From: Syntrophomonadaceae bacterium
GTDB taxonomy: Bacteria > Bacillota > Syntrophomonadia > Syntrophomonadales > Syntrophothermaceae
Direction of reading: 5' to 3'
Assembly: GCA_029907055.1 (NCBI GenBank)
Contig: JARYMO010000001.1
Coordinates: 1-24,448 of the forward strand
Length of the DNA: 24,448 bases
In this document: piece by piece, positions 14,867-23,035 of the stretch
Layout: each line of letters opens with the position of its first letter
How positions within the stretch are numbered: position 1 is the first letter of the stretch
Notes under the pieces: model-generated
Told to the model about the DNA's origin: nothing
Seen by the model: the letters and a program-made list of their open reading frames with translations, nothing else
The model's database searches: none
Position numbers and translations under genes: made by a program

Positions 14867-17800
14867 TTACCTGGCTGGACCAGCAGCCTCGTGCCGGGCA
14901 GCGGCGTCGACCAGCAATGCCGCTTCCCAGCGCGACAGCAGCCGCTCTGCCGTCCACGCTCCCCCTGGGTCACCCTGCAACCCCGGAACCAGCCCGGCCG
15001 CCACGCAGCGGCGGACCGCGCCGGCGGCCCATCCATACTTCGCCAGGGTGGCGACTTCTTCCCCGGCTCCGGGCAGGTGCTCCGCCTCCCGCAGGCGGAG
15101 CAGCGCGTCAAGCATGACCGCCGCCTCGGCCCAGGACAGGGCTTTGTTCGCCTGGAATGTGCCGTCCGGATAGCCAGTAACGATGCCGTGCATGCGCGCC
15201 GCCGCTACCGCGGCGCGGCCCCAGGCCGGGATAGATGACTGGTCGACGAACGGAACAGTCTCGGGGGCAGAAGCCCACCTCCTGAGAGCGGCCAGCATGG
15301 CAACGAATTCCATGCGCGTGGCCTGCGCCCACGGACGGAAGGTGCCATCGGGGTATCCTCTCAATATCCCTCCCTGCACCAATTCCTGCAGCTGCGCCGC
15401 CCCCTGGATGTCCTTCACATCCGGGAAAGGCCAACCCTCCCTAGCTCCCTGCGCGCGCACCACCTGTACCCTCCGAACCGCGATACCGCCCCCGGCCGCA
15501 TCGACGGCCACTACCGTCAGTTCAGGTTCTTCAGAGCGGGCCGGGAACGTCGTGCCGAATCGCCCCTGGTCGTCTGGCATCAACTTCAGTCGACTGCCGT
15601 CAGCGTGGTACACGTACACGTGCGTGGCACTGCTCTCTCCCGAAACTGTCACCGTGCCAGCCTTCCTTTCCGCCTGCACTTCCAGCCACGGCGGCTGTGC
15701 AACGGCTGGTGCCGCGGCTTCGACGGACAGGAGGACGCGCTCCTCCCCGGGTGCCGGCGGGGCCACGCTCACCAGCCGCAGACGGTCAAGGGGGGACAAG
15801 ACTGCCGCCTCCACCGGGTAGCCTGCCTTGACGACCTCGGTGGCCGGGGTAACCCGGTAGCGCGTTCCTCCACGGGTCACCAGCGTGCCCCGGCCTTCAT
15901 CCCAGGTTCCGAACCAGTCCCGTCGCTCCGTTTCCCCGCTCACCAGGTCGATGCGGAGGGCGCGCCCCTTCGCGTCGGTCAATACCCGCGCCCAGCGACC
16001 CGCCAACCCTGGGCCGACCACTCCGGCCTCCTGGCCATGCAAAACCTGGGTACCCTGGTCGGTCGGCAGCACCAGCACCCGGTTGCGGGCGGTGTCCTTG
16101 AGGTACAGCAGGCCGGCTGCGGGATCCACGTACACCAGGCGCCCGAAGTGAACCGCAGAGAATGCCTGCAACGACACGATGTCTATCGTGTCCGGCAGGC
16201 ATACAGCCATGATGGCCATGCCCTCCCTCACCTGGTGCAGCGAAGCCGGCCGGCTGTCAACATGTATTGTAGCCCCGGTCAGGACCCGGTACTCTCGCCC
16301 AGAGGTGAGCGACAAGGTGCCGTCCCTTCCGTCGACGCTCCGCAAAGTCCCCACGATTACCGTGCGCCGAACCGTCACCTGGTGCACGGTAACTCCGTCC
16401 TCCCCCAGCCGCAAGCTCACAGCCATGCCGGGCGCGATAAGATCGAGTGCCGCGGCTTCGGTGCTGGAAAACAGTGCATCGGTAGGCGAGCCATCCGCCA
16501 GCTCGTCGACCAGCTTCACGCCGGTCCAGAGGCCGGTCCGGTAGCTGGAGGGCTCGCGCAGCAGTTCGAGGGTTCCGGCATCAGCATCGTAGCGCTTCAC
16601 GATGCCCTCGTGCTCGCGGAACACTACTTCCATTCGCCAGATGGTCTGGAACCGCGGGCTCACAGAGGCCTTCACCTCCACTCCCACGGGAACTGCGCCC
16701 GCACTCACTCCCGTCTGCCCGTTGACACGCAGCCAGCAAGCAGACGTGCGCTGGGCTGCCCCGTCCACCATGTAGCCGCCACTCCTCGCGCGGGACTGGG
16801 CTTCTTCCACCAGTACCCCAGTCGGGCCTTGCACCAGTCGCATGCCATGCCCAACCACGGTCCTGGCTGCCACCCAGACGAATCCCGACCCCTCCCAGAC
16901 GTCGCTTCCCGGCAGGAGGGCGTCACTCGCCGTCGCTTTCCCGCCGTTCACTGCCGCCCTGACCACGCGCTCCCCCAGTACCAGCTGGCGGCTGCCATCC
17001 ACCATCTCGAGCACCCGCTGACCATCGCTGGTACCCGCCAAGGTCCCATGACGGCCCACCTGCCCATAGACCAGGGCAAAGTCCTGCCTAGCCCGGGAGG
17101 CATACGGGTTCACTCCCCGCCCGATGCGAGAAGCGGTCACCCGCACCGTGTACACCCCTTCCACAGGCTCGGCAATCTCAAGGGTTTCCAGGTTGTTGGC
17201 CCGGTCCGCCCTGCCGCCGGTCAGGTGCTGGTTGCCAACCAACGTCTTTCCCTTCGGGTCGATCACCTGCAGGTCAAGGTCGTTGACCAACCTGGTTCCC
17301 GCGCTCTCCGTCGCTGCAGGTAGGTCAGTCCACGCCAGGGTAACCCTGAGCGGGAACCCCCGGTCCTTCACCCACAAGCGGAACTCGCGCGCCTCGCCCT
17401 GCGCGAGGCCCGCCGTGTCCTCGCTGGTCCTCGACATCCCCGCCGCCAGGGGAAGCACCGATCCCGCCACGTCGAGGATGCCGAACCCTCCATCGCCGGC
17501 TGCAACGGTTCCCCTCCTCGCCCCCTGCACCAGGACCGCCTTCACCAGCGCCGCCGTGGGCTGCTCCCCCTGCGACTCCAGGTATTCCCGTACCAGCGCG
17601 GCAGCGCCCCCGGCAATCGCGGCAGCCATGCTGGTGCCGCCCATCCTGGTGTACTTCGGGTTAGCCGGAAGGTTGCCGGTGATGCGGCAGGAGCAGGCAG
17701 AAACGACAGCGGAAGAGGGAACCAACAGGTCTGGCTTGACCCTGCCGTCTGTCGTCGGTCCCCGGCTGGAGAAGGAAGCCACGGCAGTGGCATCGACACA

Positions 17801-18550
17801 GTCCGCCCCATAAGATGGGCGCGGCGTCTGGGATGAGCCGACGACCAGGGCATTCTTGCTGTTCGCCTCGGAGGTCAGGGTGCCGGAGCCCGGGCCCCCG
17901 TTGCCGGCCCCGAAGACGGGAAGGAAGTGGGGAGCGGAACGAACGAACTGGTCCACCTGGGCCGTGCGCTGGGTGTACCTGTTGCCTCCTCCGCCCCAGC
18001 CGTTGACGTGGACCCGCACCCCCGCGGCGTAGGCCGGTGCGAACAGGTCATTGATGTCGTCCGGTACGCGAATGGAACCATCGGCATCCAGCAGCCCTTG
18101 CACGTAGAGGCTGGCGCCGGGCGCTATCCCCTGGTATTGCCCGCCCGAGGCGCTGCCAGAGCCGACGATAGTGGCCGCCATATGGGTACCGTGTCCTGAG
18201 GGATCATCCGCCACTGGCCTCCCGGCCCAAGACTTCAGGAAGGCCACGCGCGGCATCTGGCCCGGGGTACTGGCCAGGTCAGGGTGGATATCGACGGTAC
18301 TGCCCTTGTCCAGACCGCTATCAGCCAGGCCCACCAGCTGCCCATGTCCAGTGAGCCCGAGGGGGCTGACAATGTCTGCCGCCCCCAGCGCGCTCGCCCC
18401 GATGATGTCCGCCGACCGGTCATTGAGGAATGCAACGGGGGAATCGAATGGGGGGCTGGAGTCCCGCAGCAGCGGTAATCCCACCCACAGCACGAGCAAT
18501 AAAGATGAACCCATCAGCGCCAGCGCCCCGCTGGCCAGGAAGCGCTTCAT
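14867..18550 (-). CDS. S8 subtilase (KP-43-like) with a beta-sandwich domain, tandem repeats and three C-terminal SLH domains, about 1227 aa
   Basis: Catalytic triad LADSG, HGTHMA and GTSMA, oxyanion-hole GAGNG, SSRGPTTDGRVKPDL and VTLAWTD...LVNDLDL. SLH motifs GYPDGTFRPWAQATRMEF and GYPDGTFQANKALSWAEA, plus a degenerate third. Start at ATG 18550 (GGAGGG SD, hydrophobic leader), not 18862. Confidence 0.92.
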   Translation of the reverse strand: MKRFLASGALALMGSSLLLVLWVGLPLLRDSSPPFDSPVAFLNDRSADIIGASALGAADIVSPLGLTGHGQLVGLADSGLDKGSTVDIHPDLASTPGQMPRVAFLKSWAGRPVADDPSGHGTHMAATIVGSGSASGGQYQGIAPGASLYVQGLLDADGSIRVPDDINDLFAPAYAAGVRVHVNGWGGGGNRYTQRTAQVDQFVRSAPHFLPVFGAGNGGPGSGTLTSEANSKNALVVGSSQTPRPSYGADCVDATAVASFSSRGPTTDGRVKPDLLVPSSAVVSACSCRITGNLPANPKYTRMGGTSMAAAIAGGAAALVREYLESQGEQPTAALVKAVLVQGARRGTVAAGDGGFGILDVAGSVLPLAAGMSRTSEDTAGLAQGEAREFRLWVKDRGFPLRVTLAWTDLPAATESAGTRLVNDLDLQVIDPKGKTLVGNQHLTGGRADRANNLETLEIAEPVEGVYTVRVTASRIGRGVNPYASRARQDFALVYGQVGRHGTLAGTSDGQRVLEMVDGSRQLVLGERVVRAAVNGGKATASDALLPGSDVWEGSGFVWVAARTVVGHGMRLVQGPTGVLVEEAQSRARSGGYMVDGAAQRTSACWLRVNGQTGVSAGAVPVGVEVKASVSPRFQTIWRMEVVFREHEGIVKRYDADAGTLELLREPSSYRTGLWTGVKLVDELADGSPTDALFSSTEAAALDLIAPGMAVSLRLGEDGVTVHQVTVRRTVIVGTLRSVDGRDGTLSLTSGREYRVLTGATIHVDSRPASLHQVREGMAIMAVCLPDTIDIVSLQAFSAVHFGRLVYVDPAAGLLYLKDTARNRVLVLPTDQGTQVLHGQEAGVVGPGLAGRWARVLTDAKGRALRIDLVSGETERRDWFGTWDEGRGTLVTRGGTRYRVTPATEVVKAGYPVEAAVLSPLDRLRLVSVAPPAPGEERVLLSVEAAAPAVAQPPWLEVQAERKAGTVTVSGESSATHVYVYHADGSRLKLMPDDQGRFGTTFPARSEEPELTVVAVDAAGGGIAVRRVQVVRAQGAREGWPFPDVKDIQGAAQLQELVQGGILRGYPDGTFRPWAQATRMEFVAMLAALRRWASAPETVPFVDQSSIPAWGRAAVAAARMHGIVTGYPDGTFQANKALSWAEAAVMLDALLRLREAEHLPGAGEEVATLAKYGWAAGAVRRCVAAGLVPGLQGDPGGAWTAERLLSRWEAALLVDAAARHEAAGPAR

Positions 18551-18851
18551 CGGCCACACCCTCCGTCGCGTCCGTCGGACACGGATATAGTGCACGGCAC
18601 CAGGCTGACCAGCGTCCTTCACCTTCTCTCGATGTATACGCGCCCCCAGCGTTCTCCTTTCAGCGCGAGCGCGTGGCTCCGCTCGTGAGCGGGAGCCGTG
18701 ACGTGAGGCCGTGAAGCCGGTCAGGCGTGAAAGCCCGCTCCTGCATCGGCAGCTTGCCAAATGCTCATTCTCGCTCCTCATGAACTGTAGATGGGCGCGA
18801 GAGATCCGGACACCACTCGCCCATTGGCGGTGCACCACCAGGAGCGGACAT

Positions 18852-21314
18852 CTACCAGACACTGCGCTCGGGTACAGCCACCTTCACTGCGAGCAACCGC
18901 TCGAACTCTTCCCGGTGTCCGGCATCTTGACCGTCCAGCCTGCTCCGGGCCTCTTCCACGGCAATCTCCTTGCCTCTCACCAACGCTGCTGCCTGCCACG
19001 CCTTGGCCGTGGCGACTACCTCTGCTTCCTTCGCTCGTGTTGCCCGGGCCAATTCCTTCTGCGCTGCAGCGTAGTCGCCGCGCAGGAAGAGGAGCCGGCC
19101 CCGTGCCAGGTGGATGCCGGGGCTGGGCATGAGGTCCTCCGCATAATCGGGGTATTCCGCCTGCACGCGCGCCAGAACGGCCGCGTACTTCTGTAGCAGA
19201 TTAGCTGCATTGCCCACGTACTCGGTCGCGGCCTTCTCCCCCTCCTTTTCTGCCACCTGGACCGCGATGTCCAGGTACCCGTTGGCAGCCGCCGAGTACC
19301 TGCGGGCATCCAGCGGATTCGCGCGCACCCCCATGTCAAGCATCCGCAGTGCGCCCCGGAAATCGTTCAGCCCGGAATAGATCTCCTGCATCGCGTCGAT
19401 CAGCTTCAGGTCATACGGCGCGACCTCCTCCACGCGGCGGGAGGCCTGCTGGGCCGCTTGGCGGAACACCTTGCTCTGCGAAGAGCCAGACTGCTCCAAG
19501 GCCTGGTATTCAGTGGTCAGCACGCGCGCCAGGCTGGCGTAGGCGAAGCCATCCCAGGGGTTGAATTCGGTGGCTTTGACCAGCTTGACCCGTGCCGACT
19601 CGAGGTTGCCCTGGTGGGCATCGGTCACGGCCGACTTCTCGAACCCGTAGGATACGAGAAAACCCGTTGCCAGCACCAGCGCCACTGCTGCCAGGCCAGC
19701 CGCACCCAGCATGGCCCCCACCTGGATGGAGCCAGTCCCGCCCCTCGAAACCAGGCGCCACCGCACGGCAGCGAGGGCCAGCAGCGACCAGAGGATGATG
19801 GCCACCGCCGGCAGCGACAGATCAATGTCTATCGCAGCATGCATCCCTAATACCAGAGCGGCTGAGGTTATGCCAGCCATCTGGAGTTTGGCAGAAGCAT
19901 CTGCTGGCGCCCGGTACACTGACATGAACAGGAACAGCAGGACAACCCACATGGCCAGGAAGGCTGCCATTCCAATGATGCCGGTTTCTACCCACACCTG
20001 GAGGAAGTGGTTGTGCACCTCGGTAGTAAAATACGGCATGTCCAGGTACTGGTGATAGAGCGCGTTCCATCCACCCGCCCCGGTACCCAGCAGCGGGTGT
20101 TCCATGCCTATCCTGAACGCTGCCCGCGAGAAGGCGAGCCTGGTGACGAAGCTCTGGCCTCCCGGATCGGTGAGTTCCTCCACCCGCTGGGCGGCTACTG
20201 ATGTCGGCAGCTTGTCCTGCGCATGGTCCAGTCCGCTCAGCGTCCACGTCACCGCCGCCAGGATAACCAGGCTCCCCAAGGCCAGCGCAGTCGCCGTCCT
20301 CCTGCCTGCCGCTTCCCCTGTTGCCAGGCGACTCCTGGCCAAGTCCAGTGCCCCCACGGCCCCGGCCATCAGCGCGAGCGCCCCCACTTGCACAGGCACA
20401 CGGGAGCTGGCCATGGCGGGAGCGTAGAGCAACGCGGCGGCCAGCGCTGGAAGGAACACTACTGCCAGCGACGCCAGCAATGGCAGGCGCTGAGCGGGAG
20501 GTGCCAGGGCAACCAGCAGGCACAGCCCGGCCGCCAGCGCCAACCACCCGCCCTTGGCAGCTGCCACGATGGTCACCAGTATCATCAGCGCGGCCGCGCT
20601 GCCATAGGCCAAGCGGAGCCATGGGGTTCCCTGACGCTGGTACAGAACAATCCCCATTACCCCGAAGGCCGCAGCATAGGCAGCCAGTGAGTTCGGGTAC
20701 TGGAGGGTGGACTGGATCCGTCCGGCGTCGAAGGCATGCGGAAACACGTTGAGCCCCAGCGACGCCAGCACCCCTACCAAGGCTACCCCGAATGCACCCC
20801 AGAACAGCGCCGCCATCGAATCGTCAAGCGTCGCTTCATCCCTCACCAGGTTTGACGTCAGCCAGTATACGAAGAAGTAGGTGCCTGCCAGCAGGAAACC
20901 CGTGATCGCCTGCTCTGGGTGGACCGCGCTCACCAGCGACAATCCGTAACCCACGACATACGCCGCAACTGCCCAGTCAAGGGGGGTGCGCAGCAATGTC
21001 CATTCCCCGCGGCGCATTTTCCACACTGCCGCGGCCAGAAAGAGAGCCGCAACCGCAGCGATGTACACCAGCTTTTCCACTTCGAAGAAGAGGCCCCGAA
21101 AGAGCGGCCCCAGCAGGACCAGCCCCCCCGTAACCGCGAGAAGCCCCCGCTCATAGGTCAAGCGCGCCGCCTGCCGAGGAGTCTCCTTTGTCGCCCCGAC
21201 CCCCGCTGAGGGTCTCCCCCGCATGTCGACTCCACTGGTATTTTTCTCCTGCCGCCCGTGGCGGACTTCACCGTTGCTGTTTGCCCTCCTCGTCCTGCTG
21301 TGCTTGCGACCCAC
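18852..21314 (-). CDS. O-antigen-ligase-like (Wzy_C) multi-pass membrane protein with C-terminal TPRs; candidate O-oligosaccharyltransferase
   Basis: Many hydrophobic segments, GRIQSTLQYPNSLAAY, TRLAFSRAAFRIGMEHPLLGTGAGGW, EVHNHFLQVWVETGIIG (conserved His). TPR-like helices (KATEFNPWDGFAYASLA; GVRANPLDARRY; RGDYAAAQKEL). The start may be GTG 21314 or ATG 21224. Confidence 0.88.
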   Translation of the reverse strand: MGRKHSRTRRANSNGEVRHGRQEKNTSGVDMRGRPSAGVGATKETPRQAARLTYERGLLAVTGGLVLLGPLFRGLFFEVEKLVYIAAVAALFLAAAVWKMRRGEWTLLRTPLDWAVAAYVVGYGLSLVSAVHPEQAITGFLLAGTYFFVYWLTSNLVRDEATLDDSMAALFWGAFGVALVGVLASLGLNVFPHAFDAGRIQSTLQYPNSLAAYAAAFGVMGIVLYQRQGTPWLRLAYGSAAALMILVTIVAAAKGGWLALAAGLCLLVALAPPAQRLPLLASLAVVFLPALAAALLYAPAMASSRVPVQVGALALMAGAVGALDLARSRLATGEAAGRRTATALALGSLVILAAVTWTLSGLDHAQDKLPTSVAAQRVEELTDPGGQSFVTRLAFSRAAFRIGMEHPLLGTGAGGWNALYHQYLDMPYFTTEVHNHFLQVWVETGIIGMAAFLAMWVVLLFLFMSVYRAPADASAKLQMAGITSAALVLGMHAAIDIDLSLPAVAIILWSLLALAAVRWRLVSRGGTGSIQVGAMLGAAGLAAVALVLATGFLVSYGFEKSAVTDAHQGNLESARVKLVKATEFNPWDGFAYASLARVLTTEYQALEQSGSSQSKVFRQAAQQASRRVEEVAPYDLKLIDAMQEIYSGLNDFRGALRMLDMGVRANPLDARRYSAAANGYLDIAVQVAEKEGEKAATEYVGNAANLLQKYAAVLARVQAEYPDYAEDLMPSPGIHLARGRLLFLRGDYAAAQKELARATRAKEAEVVATAKAWQAAALVRGKEIAVEEARSRLDGQDAGHREEFERLLAVKVAVPERSVW

Positions 21315-21420
21315 TCTCTCACCCCGCTGCGTTCCTGGCCAACTGTGCTGGCGCGCTCACGCGTCGCTCTAGCTCCTCCTGATTTCACGGCAGTTCTCTC
21401 GCCTGTTCCACGCTGGGTGA

Positions 21421-21426
21421 ATTATA
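21421..21426 (-). promoter_or_regulatory. Perfect -10 hexamer TATAAT upstream of the ligase-like gene
   Basis: TATAAT is rare in this GC-rich DNA and lies about 105 nt before GTG 21314. The -35 is unclear. Confidence 0.4.
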
Positions 21427-21566
21427 CCCCATTTGCACCCCTGCCAGCCACCGGCCAAGAGGGTAGCTGCACCTGCGTCTGGAGGAAAGGCAAATGGGGG
21501 CCCGACATCACAGCCCCCCGAGGTCAGATCCTGATCCTTCATCCTTCCGGCACACCGGTGCCGCAC

Positions 21567-22724
21567 CTATTCCTGCAGCGTAATCGCTACCGAGCGGCTG
21601 GGGGCGTCCCACTTCACCGTTCCGTCCAACTGCTCGGCCAGGAACCGGACGGGTACCATCATGCGCCCCGGTGCCACCACCGACGGGGCCACGCGTCGAT
21701 TCGCCGCATCAATGTAGGTCAGCGTGCCGTTGGCCAGAGCAACCGGGTTGCCGTCCCAGAACTCGACCCTTTTCTGCTTCAGGGTTACCACCGCCTGTCT
21801 GCTGACCGGTCTCCACTCCACCGCCGCCCCCAGCGCCTCGGCTGCATTTCTCAGCGGAACCAGCAGCCGACCGTCCAGGATGCGAGGCGCCGCGTCAAGC
21901 AACTTTTCTTGTCCGTCTACCGTGTAGACCAGGCTGTCCAGGAAAAACGTCACCGTCCTCGTCCGCGGCTGCGGAGGAACCACCTCCGGCGGGGTGGTCA
22001 CGGTGACCTCGTTGGAGGAAGCGGAGCGGCCGCCCGCTCCGTAGGCCTGGACTGCAAACACGTAGGTAGTTGCCGGTGACAGCCCGGTAACCGTGTGGTT
22101 GGACACGTTCGCCCGAACGGTTGCAATTTCGGCAAAGGCTTGGCTGCCAGTTTTGCGAAGAATGCTGAACCCGTTCTCATTGTCGGAGTTGTCTCGCCAG
22201 GTCAACAGCACGGATACGGGCGAGAGTACCTCGGCCTTCAGGTTGCCAGGGGGGGTTGGTTTGCCATCGGTGCCCACCGCGGCGTCCGAACTGACGAACT
22301 GTCCACTCAGTGCAGTAACCTGCACGCGGATATCACCCGTCAGGCCCAGCGGGATGTCAGCTCGCCAGTCCAGGAAAAAGCTTATCTTGCGCGGCACGTC
22401 CGGGGCCTTGATGGCCAAGCGCAGTTCGTTCGGTTCCAGCAGATCCAGCGAAAAGTCCAGGCCCTCTGGCTGGATGCTCCCCTCGTATGACACGATGACG
22501 AAATCCCGCGGCAGCCGCAGCAGCGCCGCACTGTCCGCAACCATGGGGTCGATCTCGATGGCCAGCGTCCCCAGCTCTGCGTTGCGTTCGCCCGGCACCA
22601 CCACCGGTACCGTGAGAGCCTCGTACGAAGTGCCTGCCTGGGCTGCCGGCACATACGCAAGAATACCCAGCACGCAAAGACCACACAACAGGGCGAATGA
22701 CCTCATCGTGGCCCGAGCAGCCAT
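21567..22724 (-). CDS. Secreted protein with S-layer module 1, a fibronectin type III domain and a C-terminal stalk domain, about 385 aa
   Basis: ATG 22724 after GGAGGGGG. Signal peptide ending AQA. FN3: PPGNLKAEVLSPVSVLLTW...GLSPATTYVFAVQAY...SASSNEV. Stalk: LDAAPRILDGRLLVPLR...GRMMVPVRFLAEQL...VKWD. Confidence 0.9.
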   Translation of the reverse strand: MAARATMRSFALLCGLCVLGILAYVPAAQAGTSYEALTVPVVVPGERNAELGTLAIEIDPMVADSAALLRLPRDFVIVSYEGSIQPEGLDFSLDLLEPNELRLAIKAPDVPRKISFFLDWRADIPLGLTGDIRVQVTALSGQFVSSDAAVGTDGKPTPPGNLKAEVLSPVSVLLTWRDNSDNENGFSILRKTGSQAFAEIATVRANVSNHTVTGLSPATTYVFAVQAYGAGGRSASSNEVTVTTPPEVVPPQPRTRTVTFFLDSLVYTVDGQEKLLDAAPRILDGRLLVPLRNAAEALGAAVEWRPVSRQAVVTLKQKRVEFWDGNPVALANGTLTYIDAANRRVAPSVVAPGRMMVPVRFLAEQLDGTVKWDAPSRSVAITLQE

Positions 22725-22820
22725 GAACACCCCTCCCTCTTTGGACCCGCGTCTCCTCTTTGCCAACCAGCGAGCGGAGGACATATTCCTCCGGCGCTGA
22801 TGCGCACCCCCTTCATTTCA

Positions 22821-22829
22821 ATCGTAGCA
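22821..22829 (-). promoter_or_regulatory. Possible extended -10 (TGcTACGAT) for the FN3/stalk gene
   Basis: TG-n-TACGAT about 100 nt upstream of ATG 22724, downstream of a terminator. A hairpin CGGAGGA/TCCTCCG (22775-22793) lies in the leader. Confidence 0.4.
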
Positions 22830-22941
22830 CACGGTGAGTCCTGCTGGACAATCCTAGTCACGGGCCGAGGGACGAACGTCGTAGGGTCAAAAAGTATGCG
22901 GCGCCAGAGTAGGGCAGTCCGTCGGTTCACCATGACGAAGA

Positions 22942-22964
22942 GAGCCGGTCTTTTCGACCGGCTC
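22942..22964 (-). terminator. Probable terminator after the amidase gene
   Basis: 9-bp stem GAGCCGGTC / GACCGGCTC with a 5-nt loop and a TCTTC tail on the minus strand. Confidence 0.6.
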
Positions 22965-23035
22965 ATGGGCTTCTCCACGCACCAGGCATGTGGCGCGCGG
23001 CCACGCGCTGGTTGCCATCTGTCAGCTGATTTCCC

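Noticed and set aside
21312-21335. Another GGAAC-N16-GTG
   Set aside because: The GTG is the probable start codon and the -35 lacks the following A. It shows that the minimal motif can arise by chance, so the weak copies are scored cautiously.
6480-22724. Calling the stalk-domain proteins copper amine oxidases
   Set aside because: Only the non-catalytic N-terminal-type domain is present. There is no catalytic domain or TPQ motif.
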